Source of the DNA: Bacteroidota bacterium | Lineage (GTDB): Bacteria > Bacteroidota > Bacteroidia > 2-12-FULL-35-15 | Direction of reading: 5' to 3' | Assembly: GCA_023251805.1 (NCBI GenBank) | Contig: JAHEYB010000008.1 | Span: 2,633-66,632 of the forward strand | DNA: 64,000 nt | Shown: positions 39,362 through 48,137 of the stretch, piece after piece | Position numbering within the stretch: the stretch's first letter is position 1 | How the letters are laid out: each line of letters starts with the position of its first letter | Position numbers and translations under genes: made by a program | Notes under the pieces: generated by a model | The model's database searches: none | What the model was told of the DNA's origin: nothing | The model's input: only the letters and a program-made list of their open reading frames with translations

Positions 39362-39448
39362 CGTCATTGCGAGGCACGAGGCAATCTCTCACAATGTAGA
39401 ACTAGAGTAAACATTAAACAAGATTGCTTCACTTCGCTCGCAATGACG
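39362..39448. repeat. family-A palindromic repeat (cgtcattgcgag...gcaatct / agattgc...ctcgcaatgacg), copy 1
   Basis: The outer 12 bp and inner 6-7 bp of the arms are complementary; the middle of the arms diverges. 33-nt loop. Confidence 0.8.
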
Positions 39449-39498
39449 CACTCAACAAACGCTTCAATTACAATGATAATATTTCGTAAAATTACAAT

Positions 39499-41202
39499 AT
39501 GAAACACCTAGCGATTTTAAAAAAACTTGTTTACCTAATCCTCATTGCAACTGCTTTATCTTCTTGCGGAGCGCTGGGAATTCATTTAAACGTTTATAAT
39601 CCAAAAAAAGCAGGCGCTTATCCCAAAGAAACAAAACAAAATAAACTGTTAGCAGTTAATAGTAAATACCGCAGTTGCTTTGATGTGTATCACAACGAAT
39701 TGAATGTAGAATTGTTTCCGGAAAAAAAATTTATTTCTGGAAAAGTCATCATCAGCGCAAAAGCAAAAAATAATTTTGACACTTTACAAATCGATCTTTA
39801 CAAAAACATGAAAGTAAAGAGTATTGAATCAGCCGGACAAACATTAAAATATACGCGTGAAGAAGGAGCTATTTTTATAACAATGCCGGGGACAATAAAA
39901 ACAGATGACGCATTTTCCATTTCTATCGTTTATGAAGGAACACCCATTGAAGCAAAACGTCCGCCCTGGGATGGAGGCTTTGTTTGGAAAAAAGACAAAG
40001 AAGGAAACCCATGGATTGGGATTGCTTGCGAAACCGAAGGTTCCAGCATGTGGTGGCCCAGCAAAGATATTATGAGTGATGAAGCCGACAGCACCGATGT
40101 GTTGATTACTGTTCCTAAAAAATTAATGGCAGTGAGCAACGGTGTTTTGAAAGACAGCATTATTACTGCTGACAAAAACACTTATCACTGGCACATCTCT
40201 TACCCCATTAATAATTACAACGTAACACTTTATGTTGGAAATTTTAAATTGTTTCACGATTCTTACGCAAGCACAGTTACCTGGAAAACGTTGGCTCTAA
40301 ACCATTATGTATTGCCTTATAATTATGAAAAAGCTGTCTATCATTTTCAACAATTAAAAAAATATTTAGCCTTTTACGAAAAAACATTTGGTCCTTATCC
40401 TTGGCAACGTGATGGATTCAAATTGGTAGAATCGCCTTATGCAGGAATGGAACATCAAACAGCTATTGCTTATGGAAATGGTTACAAAAACGATTTTCAG
40501 GATTTATTTGATTACATCATCTTACATGAAACCGCACACGAATGGTGGGGAAATAGTTTAACGGCTGCTGATTTATCGGATGGCTGGTTGCACGAAGGAT
40601 TTGCCTCCTATGCCGAAGCGCTTTACGTAGAAAGCATTTCGGGACATGAAGCGTATTTGAATTATATGTATTGGCAACGCATTACCATTTTAAATAAACG
40701 GCCCGTTGTGCGCAAAAGAGATGTACGTTATTTCGATTACCACGATGAAGATATTTATAACAAAGGCTCATGGGTATTGCATACTTTGAGAAATACCTTG
40801 GAAAATGATTCGTTATTTTTTGATATCATCAAAACATTTAGAGTGGAAAATAATGAGAAGGAAATTCTTTCCGAAACTTTTGTGGATTTAGTAAATAAAA
40901 AAACGGGAAAAGATTATACCTGGTTTTTTAAACAATATTTATTTAAAAGAGAAGCACCATTTTTAGAGTTTTGCTGGACCGACAATAACTTGTATTTTAA
41001 ATGGACTCAAGTAAATGATGATTTTGTATTGCCTGTAAAAATTAAGGTGAACAATAAATCACTTACCCTTTATCCAACCACCAAACTTCAAAAAGTAGAA
41101 TTGAGTAATTCCTATCCAGAATTTTATGATAACTCAAACGAGTTGTATTACGGAACGAAAAAGAATAAATATTTAAAAAGGGAATTCGATAAAGCCCATT
41201 GA
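39499..41202 (+). CDS. M1 family metallopeptidase (aminopeptidase N-like) lipoprotein
   Basis: HETAHEWWGN plus downstream WLHEGFASY (HExxH-18-E). Lipobox LSSC. Confidence 0.85.
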   Translation: MKHLAILKKLVYLILIATALSSCGALGIHLNVYNPKKAGAYPKETKQNKLLAVNSKYRSCFDVYHNELNVELFPEKKFISGKVIISAKAKNNFDTLQIDLYKNMKVKSIESAGQTLKYTREEGAIFITMPGTIKTDDAFSISIVYEGTPIEAKRPPWDGGFVWKKDKEGNPWIGIACETEGSSMWWPSKDIMSDEADSTDVLITVPKKLMAVSNGVLKDSIITADKNTYHWHISYPINNYNVTLYVGNFKLFHDSYASTVTWKTLALNHYVLPYNYEKAVYHFQQLKKYLAFYEKTFGPYPWQRDGFKLVESPYAGMEHQTAIAYGNGYKNDFQDLFDYIILHETAHEWWGNSLTAADLSDGWLHEGFASYAEALYVESISGHEAYLNYMYWQRITILNKRPVVRKRDVRYFDYHDEDIYNKGSWVLHTLRNTLENDSLFFDIIKTFRVENNEKEILSETFVDLVNKKTGKDYTWFFKQYLFKREAPFLEFCWTDNNLYFKWTQVNDDFVLPVKIKVNNKSLTLYPTTKLQKVELSNSYPEFYDNSNELYYGTKKNKYLKREFDKAH

Positions 41203-41366
41203 TTTAATTGCATTTCACAGCTTATTCTTTCCTGATTTGAACCGGTTTACCATTCCTATTATTCTTATCTAGTTTTCTTGTGCAGTTACATATGTAAGAT
41301 TATCACCCAAAATGGTTTGCTTTGAAAATTTCATACGCCTAGATTTATTGAACAAAATCTACTCCT

Positions 41367-44300
41367 ATGAAATCAACCCCTACTCTTACGGCAAAAAATG
41401 CGATTATTTTTTCGGCTCTTTTGTTCTTTTGTTTTTCGGTAAACTTGGCATTTGCAACAAATTATACAAGTAATGCAACAGGGAACTGGAACAACAGCTC
41501 CAGCTGGACACCGGCCGGTATTCCCGGAGCATCTGACAATGTTACCATTACAGCCGGAAAAACCATTAATATAAATGTTACCTCGTCTTGCAGCTCTCTC
41601 ACTATCAACACTTCAGGAACAGTGAATTTCAGCAATGTAATCACATGCACTGTGGCCGGAACCTTATCAGTTTCAGGAACAATTACAGGCAGTTCAACCG
41701 GTAGTTTTAACACGGTAAGAATGGAAGTTCCTACAGGAGCAATTGCAAACATAGGAAGATCAAATATCTCTGTTACCGATTCATTGGTCATTTGCGGCTC
41801 TTATAATATCACCAGTGTTACAGGAGCAAAAACATTTACCAATCTGTTATTAAAAACTGGAGGGGACTGGACCAATACAGGCTCTTCAGCTGCTGCTTTT
41901 ACTATAACCAGTGATCTGATCTTTTATGACGGAAGTTCTATTAAAGGAAATAACGCTTCCAATATCACAGTAAATGGAGACCTTATTTGTCAAGCGGGAA
42001 TTGGTTATGCAGATATCGGAAAATGTAATTTAACGGTGAACGGATTACTAGAGATCTTTGGGGACCTTAGATTTATTGTAACTACAGGAACAAAAACATT
42101 TAATGGCGGAATAACTATTCAACCAGGTGGTGCATTAGACAATACAATAGGCTTGGATATTTTTATAAACGGGAACATTGAGAACAATGGCGAATGGAAT
42201 GATGCAAGCGGAACCGTCATATATACATTCGGAGGAGGAAGCAGTTTAACACTTTTAGGAAACAGTATGCACATGGCTCAGGTGAGTGTTTCTGCAGGAA
42301 CCACACTGACGAACAAGGCACACCTTACAGTCAGTAAAAGTAATGGTATTACTGGAGCCGGAAGTTTTTACAATGGTGATGGAACCACAGAAGCCCATCT
42401 TGAAATAGATGCTCCTAATTCTGTTAACGTCAGTTTTTTTGATTGCTCAAGTATTGATAATATAGTGGAATATAATCGTGCGGGAGTACAAACGATAGAA
42501 ATTCCAAATGGAGCACAATATTATCATTTGGTAATTGATGGTTCGGCTTCTACAAAAAATCTAAATGCAAATATTACCATTCTCGGAAACTTAAAAATCC
42601 GCAGCACATTGGACGCAAATGGAAATACGATAACCGTAAAAGGTAATTGGGAAAACACCGGAACATTTACCTATGGAACAAGTACCGTATTATTCAACGG
42701 AACCACTGACCAGACAATTTCAGCACCATATAACCCTGCCGGAGAAACTTTTTATAACCTGACTATCAATAAGAGCAGCGGGACCTTAGGAATGGATTAT
42801 GATGTGAACGTCCGTAATACAATTACAATGACTTCCGGACTCATTGATAATGGAAGCAAGGTTTTAACATTGGGATACAATAATGCAAATACCGGTACTT
42901 TAACTTATACTTCCGGAACAGTAACTGGTCAATTCAAAAGATGGATCAATTCAACAGGTACAGGCATATTGTTTCCTACAGGTACTGAAAATGATTATCG
43001 TCCCGCATTAATTACCTTTACAAACCTTTCAAATGGAACAGTTACAACCCAATTTATTGAAACAGCGCCCGAGAACAATGGCTTGTCTTTATCCGATGGA
43101 GTGATGGTATATAATACATTTTCGGAAGGCTATTGGAGTTTAACAGCTGACAACAGCTTAGCAAGTACCAATTATAATCTTGAATTAACCGGCAACGGAA
43201 TGTCGAGTTTTGTAATTTTATCTACAACACGTCTTCTTAGCAGGGCCAATTCATCTTCTCCATGGACAATTAATGGAACGCATCAATCCGCATCGGGAGC
43301 AATAGTTAAGCGCTCAGTAATGAGCGGAATTACCGGTGAATATTCACTAGGAGATCTAACTAATTGCAGTCCTCCTTCCGCTACATCTTCCATAAGCGGT
43401 TTAGCAAGTGTTTGCACTAATCAAAGCGGAGTAGTTTATTCTGTGACAAATAATGTCGGCAATACTTATGTATGGTCGATAACAGGAGGAAATATTGCTT
43501 CGGGACAGGGAACAAACAGCATTACGGTAGACTGGGGAAGCACGGGAAGAATAGGCAATTTAAGAGTTGTAGAAAATAACGGGTGTACCAATGCTTCGCC
43601 TGTAAATCTTTCGGTGGAAATTCATGCATTGCCGGTTTCGGTGATCACGGGTTATCTTTCTGTTGCAGCAAATTCCGATAACATTGCTTATTCTGTATCT
43701 TCCCGCATCGGGTATACCTATAACTGGACAGTTTCAAGCAGCACAATTTCATCGGGTCAGGGAACAAATGCAATTACAATTGATTTCGGAGGTACAAACA
43801 ATGAAGTAATAACCTGTACTGCATCCAATGTGTGCGGCTCAGCAGGACCGGTTGATCTAAGCGTTGTAGTATATCCTGTTATTACTTCAATAGCTTCAGG
43901 TAACTGGAACAACGCTTCGGTTTGGGATTGTAACTGCGTCCCTCAGGCAACTAATAGTGTTCGAATAGATTCAAGTCATACTATCACGCTCACTGCAAAT
44001 GCATCAGTGAAAAATTTTATAATAAAACCATTTGGAATTATTGATAATAGCAGCAATATATTAACGGTATCTGCTGATTATATAAACAATGGAACACACA
44101 ATGGTTCGCAAAGAATTGATTTGACGGGAGATGAAACAATTATAGACGGTAACGGAACAATAAATAATTCGGGGGAGTTGCGAATAGATAATTATTCAAA
44201 ATATATTTTTGCAACTGCCAATCTGAACAAAACTGCAGGAGCTGTCCGTATCATGAATGGATTGACAATTACGAACAACGGAACATTTGCACTTGCCGGA

Positions 44301-45890
44301 AATCTTATTGGAAATAGTGGGACATCCAGATGGCTCAACTCAACCAACTCCACATTAACTGTGGGTGATGCTGTTTTGAATTCGGGCATCTTAAACGCAA
44401 GTGCACTAGGAAATACAATAAATTATAATGGCAGTGCGACTCAAATCATTAAAAATTCTCTTGGAAACGCCTATTTCAATTTGAAAACGTCAGGAAGCTC
44501 GGTAAAATCATTAAATGGCAATCTTACTATTTTAGGAAATATAACAATTGCAGATGCATCTTCCTTGGATATTACCGGTATCGATTACGATTTAGACATA
44601 CAAGGCAACTGGTCAAATACAAGTACTCATGCTGATCCATTCCAGGAAAGAAACGGAATGGTTACTTTTAGCGGAACTGAAACTATACAATCAATAACAA
44701 ATGCGAGCGGAGAGAATTTCTATTATCTGACACTTAATAAATCAGAGGGAAATTTATCACTTGGAGGACCTGCTTCAATCTCAAATCTGTTGACCTTAAC
44801 AGACGGTGTATTAATAACAACATCCACAAACATGTTAACGATCAATGACAATGCATCAAGCACTTCCGGCAGCAGCATCAGTTATGTTGACGGACCAGTA
44901 AAAAAAATCGGTAATGATGCGTTTGTTTTTCCGTTAGGAAATTCAACTTATTGGGCAAGATTAGGGATAAGTGCTCCGGGCAACCCAACAGATGCATTCA
45001 CAGCTCAATATTATGCAAGCGGCTATAGTGATGTAAGCACCATGGCAACCACTCCATCTCCCGTACTTAACAATGTCAGCTTAAGCGAATACTGGACCTG
45101 TGACAGAACTGCGGGATCATCCAATGTTAGTGTGAAATTATATTGGGAAAATGCCAACAGAAGTGGAATTGCAAATTATACAAGTGATTTGGTTGTTGCT
45201 CATTGGAACGGAAGCGCTTGGGAAAATGCAGGACAAACAGCCATCACAGGAGCAAATCCGGGAAACATTACATCAAATATTCTGAGTTCTTTCAGTCCAT
45301 TTGCCTTTGGTTCACTCTCAGGCTCAAGTCCGCTCCCAATTGAATTGGTGGAGTTTACAGCGGAACTGAACTCATCTAAAAAGACGGAACTGAAATGGAC
45401 CACAGCGACAGAAATAAACAGCGACTATTTTATTATAGAAAGAAGTGCTGATGGAATATCTTTCGAAAATATCGCAACAGCCGATGCAGCAGGAAACAGC
45501 ACTTCTATCATTAATTATTCCTTAATAGATGAAGATCCTCTAAAAGGAGTTTCTTATTACCGTTTGAAACAATATGATTTTGATGGCAATTTTACTTATT
45601 CACAAATTGAGTCTATAAACAATGATGAATTCAATATGGAAGTTAATTTATTTCCAAACCCAAGTGTTGACGGTGCTTTTAATTTAGCCATTGTTGGTTC
45701 AGAGAACGAAGAAATATTGGTTGTATTGTTCAGTGCAAACGGTCAAATGGTTTATTCAAAAGTTATTGTAACTTCTTCTGCTCAAACAACTGTTGCAATT
45801 CAAAGCGAGAACAAATTATCTTCAGGGGTCTATTGGGTGACCGGGACAAGTAAAAATGAATTATTCAGAAAAAAATTGATTGTTCAATAA
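41367..45890 (+). CDS. large T9SS-sorted surface protein (beta-helix-like repeats, two PKD-like modules, C-terminal type A sorting domain)
   Basis: 1507 aa with signal peptide and N/T/S/G-rich solenoid-like repeats. Two copies of the module C..(A/S)NQSGV.YSV....G.TY.W...GG.I.SGQGTN.IT.D(W/F)G at about 43365..43885. Ends with LFPNPS...VYWV....KLIVQ. Confidence 0.8.
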   Translation: MKSTPTLTAKNAIIFSALLFFCFSVNLAFATNYTSNATGNWNNSSSWTPAGIPGASDNVTITAGKTININVTSSCSSLTINTSGTVNFSNVITCTVAGTLSVSGTITGSSTGSFNTVRMEVPTGAIANIGRSNISVTDSLVICGSYNITSVTGAKTFTNLLLKTGGDWTNTGSSAAAFTITSDLIFYDGSSIKGNNASNITVNGDLICQAGIGYADIGKCNLTVNGLLEIFGDLRFIVTTGTKTFNGGITIQPGGALDNTIGLDIFINGNIENNGEWNDASGTVIYTFGGGSSLTLLGNSMHMAQVSVSAGTTLTNKAHLTVSKSNGITGAGSFYNGDGTTEAHLEIDAPNSVNVSFFDCSSIDNIVEYNRAGVQTIEIPNGAQYYHLVIDGSASTKNLNANITILGNLKIRSTLDANGNTITVKGNWENTGTFTYGTSTVLFNGTTDQTISAPYNPAGETFYNLTINKSSGTLGMDYDVNVRNTITMTSGLIDNGSKVLTLGYNNANTGTLTYTSGTVTGQFKRWINSTGTGILFPTGTENDYRPALITFTNLSNGTVTTQFIETAPENNGLSLSDGVMVYNTFSEGYWSLTADNSLASTNYNLELTGNGMSSFVILSTTRLLSRANSSSPWTINGTHQSASGAIVKRSVMSGITGEYSLGDLTNCSPPSATSSISGLASVCTNQSGVVYSVTNNVGNTYVWSITGGNIASGQGTNSITVDWGSTGRIGNLRVVENNGCTNASPVNLSVEIHALPVSVITGYLSVAANSDNIAYSVSSRIGYTYNWTVSSSTISSGQGTNAITIDFGGTNNEVITCTASNVCGSAGPVDLSVVVYPVITSIASGNWNNASVWDCNCVPQATNSVRIDSSHTITLTANASVKNFIIKPFGIIDNSSNILTVSADYINNGTHNGSQRIDLTGDETIIDGNGTINNSGELRIDNYSKYIFATANLNKTAGAVRIMNGLTITNNGTFALAGNLIGNSGTSRWLNSTNSTLTVGDAVLNSGILNASALGNTINYNGSATQIIKNSLGNAYFNLKTSGSSVKSLNGNLTILGNITIADASSLDITGIDYDLDIQGNWSNTSTHADPFQERNGMVTFSGTETIQSITNASGENFYYLTLNKSEGNLSLGGPASISNLLTLTDGVLITTSTNMLTINDNASSTSGSSISYVDGPVKKIGNDAFVFPLGNSTYWARLGISAPGNPTDAFTAQYYASGYSDVSTMATTPSPVLNNVSLSEYWTCDRTAGSSNVSVKLYWENANRSGIANYTSDLVVAHWNGSAWENAGQTAITGANPGNITSNILSSFSPFAFGSLSGSSPLPIELVEFTAELNSSKKTELKWTTATEINSDYFIIERSADGISFENIATADAAGNSTSIINYSLIDEDPLKGVSYYRLKQYDFDGNFTYSQIESINNDEFNMEVNLFPNPSVDGAFNLAIVGSENEEILVVLFSANGQMVYSKVIVTSSAQTTVAIQSENKLSSGVYWVTGTSKNELFRKKLIVQ

Positions 45891-45896
45891 GCTCAA

Positions 45897-46679
45897 TCAC
45901 GAATAACCAATTAGCTTGTAGGTAACATATCCTACCATTTCGTGAATAAGATTATTCCAGTCGTTTAGAGCGGATGTATTGGGAATAAGTAAATGGTCGA
46001 AGTCAAATTTTCTCGGACCGGCATACCTGTCGGTGCTGTATGGTGTCACTTCCATCCCCACCGTTTCAAAACAGTTTAAACTTCTACGCATGTGAAATGC
46101 AGAAGTAATTAATAAGAAGCGTCCTTTTATTTTTTTCTCTTCGATTAAATTTTTTGTGTACAAAGCATTTTCCCTTGTGTTTTGTGATTTGGATTCAATA
46201 ATAAAATCTTTTTCAGGAATACCCATAAACACTAAATATCTTTTAATGTATTCCCCTTCTCGCATATCTGGTTGAAGTATTCTTCCGGATCCACCAGTAA
46301 AAATTATTTTCTTTATCATTCCTAATTTATAAAGCTCCACTGCTTGAAGCAACCTATCTACTCCTCTATAAAATTGAGGTCTGTCATAATCTTCATCATA
46401 CACACTCATCCCTCCTAATACAATTCCTACATCATACATTTCAAGATCTTCGTATTTAGTAGCAGGTATTTCCCAAGCACGTGCAAACTCATCAAAAACA
46501 AAGCTGTTTGTAAAAAACAGGATTAAACCAAATGCCCAATAAAAGCACTTTTTTCTGCGTTTTTCATTTTTTGAATAAACAAAAACAAAAAGCAGGGTAA
46601 TAATCCAAATGATTGGACTAATAAGGAAGGTTAGTAGTTTGGATAAGAGAAAAAACACCTTTTTTTTATTGGGAACCAA
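45897..46679 (-). CDS. YdcF/ElyC/SanA (DUF218) family protein
   Basis: N-terminal TM segments, FTGGSGR, and ITSAFHMRRS, typical of DUF218. Confidence 0.75.
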   Translation of the reverse strand: MVPNKKKVFFLLSKLLTFLISPIIWIITLLFVFVYSKNEKRRKKCFYWAFGLILFFTNSFVFDEFARAWEIPATKYEDLEMYDVGIVLGGMSVYDEDYDRPQFYRGVDRLLQAVELYKLGMIKKIIFTGGSGRILQPDMREGEYIKRYLVFMGIPEKDFIIESKSQNTRENALYTKNLIEEKKIKGRFLLITSAFHMRRSLNCFETVGMEVTPYSTDRYAGPRKFDFDHLLIPNTSALNDWNNLIHEMVGYVTYKLIGYS

Positions 46680-46690
46680 ATATAAGGAAA

Positions 46691-46723
46691 AAGTTCGGAG
46701 TGGGGAGTTCAGAGTTGGGGGTG
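46691..46723. repeat. short G-rich repeat word (gttcggagtggggagttcagagttgggg)
   Basis: Internally repetitive agtt(c)(g/a)gag / gggg units that stand out from the AT-rich context. Confidence 0.5.
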
Positions 46724-46736
46724 ATTCCTAACGTAG

Positions 46737-46829
46737 CGTCATTGCGAGCGAAGAGAAGCAATCTCGCTATACCCAGCACTGCGATTATGAGATTGCCACA
46801 TCCTCCCGAGGGGAGGACTCGCAATGACG
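46737..46829. repeat. family-A palindromic repeat, copy 2, with a nested small hairpin
   Basis: Left arm cgtcattgcgagcgaagagaagcaatct. The right arm agattgcc...ctcgcaatgacg is interrupted by tcctcccgaggggagga. Confidence 0.8.
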
Positions 46830-46863
46830 CTCCGTAAGTTTCCAAACATTTAAACTCAATAAA

Positions 46864-46906
46864 CCTCTGCGGCTCTCTGCGACTTCTCCACGTTCTCTGC
46901 GGCTAA
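46864..46906 (-). repeat. family-B repeat, copy 2 (reverse orientation)
   Basis: The reverse complement reads ttagccgcagagaacgtggagaagtcgcagagagccgcagagg. Confidence 0.75.
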
Positions 46907-46936
46907 ATACATCAATTTTATAAATACCTTTACATC

Positions 46937-47980
46937 ATGATAAAAAAGAGCATCAAACTTTTTTTTGAACTACTACTCCTACTCTTCCTACTCGTGTGTT
47001 TGTGTTGGAATAAAATGGCCATTTATGGCATTCAACAAGGCGCGGGACAAGTCTCTATGATTTGGAATGCCAAGCCTATTGAAGAAGTTATGAATGATGC
47101 CTCCTTTCCGGATTCATTAAAACAAAAACTATTATTGATTGCCGAAATAAAACAGTTTACAATTGACAGCTTGGGCATGAACCCGAGCGAAAACTATTCT
47201 TCTGTATTTGATCAAGGAAAAACAGCTACATTATTAACCGTTTCTGCTTGCGAACCATTTTCACTTCAACCGAAAGAATGGACATTTCCATTTTTGGGGA
47301 GCGTTCCTTACAAAGGATTTTTTGATAAGGAGGAAGCGAGAAAAGAAATTTTGAAATTAAGAATGGACGGCTACGATGTTGATGTATACAGTCCTTCAGG
47401 TTGGTCAACATTGGGTTGGTTCAATGACCCAATTCTTTCGAGCATGCTACAAAGAAGTGATGGCGGACTTTCCAACCTTATCATTCATGAATTAACGCAT
47501 GGAACATTGTTTGTAAAAAACGATGTGAACTTTAATGAAAATCTTGCGAATTTTATTGGTGATAAAGGCGCAGAAAAATTTCTCATCTACAAATTTGGGG
47601 AAAACTCAAAACAGTATATCGACTATCAACAAAACAAATTGGATGAAAAGATATTTGATGAATACATTTTAAAAAGCACCGAACGCCTTGATAGTTTGTA
47701 TAAATTATTAGGAAGAGGAATTTCAGAGGAGCAAATGAAATTGAAAAAGAAAGCACTCATCATGGAAATTGTGTTGGGCGTAAACCGACTACCACTTTAC
47801 AAAAAGAAAAACTATTTCAATTATTCGATGCAAGCATTTCAGGAAGGCAATGCTTTTTTTATGACCTTCACACGCTACGATTCACAATACGAAATCTTTA
47901 ATAAAGAGTTTGTGGAAGTGTATCACTCAGACCTTCGGAAGTATATGATTGCTTTGAAGGAGAAATGGCCTTCGTTGTAA
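46937..47980 (+). CDS. predicted aminopeptidase (DUF2265-like zinc peptidase)
   Basis: 347 aa with an N-terminal hydrophobic anchor and HELTH zinc motif. Confidence 0.6.
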   Translation: MIKKSIKLFFELLLLLFLLVCLCWNKMAIYGIQQGAGQVSMIWNAKPIEEVMNDASFPDSLKQKLLLIAEIKQFTIDSLGMNPSENYSSVFDQGKTATLLTVSACEPFSLQPKEWTFPFLGSVPYKGFFDKEEARKEILKLRMDGYDVDVYSPSGWSTLGWFNDPILSSMLQRSDGGLSNLIIHELTHGTLFVKNDVNFNENLANFIGDKGAEKFLIYKFGENSKQYIDYQQNKLDEKIFDEYILKSTERLDSLYKLLGRGISEEQMKLKKKALIMEIVLGVNRLPLYKKKNYFNYSMQAFQEGNAFFMTFTRYDSQYEIFNKEFVEVYHSDLRKYMIALKEKWPSL

Positions 47981-47983
47981 TTT

Positions 47984-48024
47984 TTACCGCAGAGCACGCG
48001 GAGGAGACGCGGAGAACCGCGGAG
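47984..48024 (+). repeat. family-B repeat, copy 3
   Basis: ttaccgcagagcacgcggaggagacgcggagaaccgcggag, immediately after the stop codon at 47980. Confidence 0.8.
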
Positions 48025-48123
48025 ATATTATGTCCAGCATAATTGCCATTGGAGCGTGGCAAACTCACTAAAACAGTCAATGGGACGTTCCAAATCCCCC
48101 TTGCAAAATCGCCCCTAAAATGC

Positions 48124-48131
48124 TATATTTG
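48124..48131 (+). promoter_or_regulatory. candidate -7 box (TATATTTG) just upstream of icmF
   Basis: Matches TAnnTTTG. Only 6 nt separate it from the ATG at 48138. Confidence 0.35.
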
Positions 48132-48137
48132 TAACTT

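Noticed and set aside
39084-39392. 102-aa minus-strand ORF spanning the end of the L,D-transpeptidase-like gene and the family A/B repeats
   Set aside because: It overlaps a supported gene, and its N-terminal part is encoded by intergenic repeat words.
39362-39448. Family-A palindromes as MITEs or IS remnants
   Set aside because: I could not identify a transposase, integrase or target-site duplications anywhere in the window. They are reported as repeats only, with mobility unproven.
41462-41791. 109-aa antisense ORF inside the T9SS adhesin gene (also 44192..44389 and 45200..45403)
   Set aside because: These are shadow ORFs caused by the biased G/T/S/N codon composition of the sense gene. 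They have no start context or motif.
47981-48137. Cobalamin riboswitch upstream of the B12-dependent icmF
   Set aside because: The region is short, begins with a family-B repeat, and I could not find a B12-box-like core. This needs cmscan to be certain.
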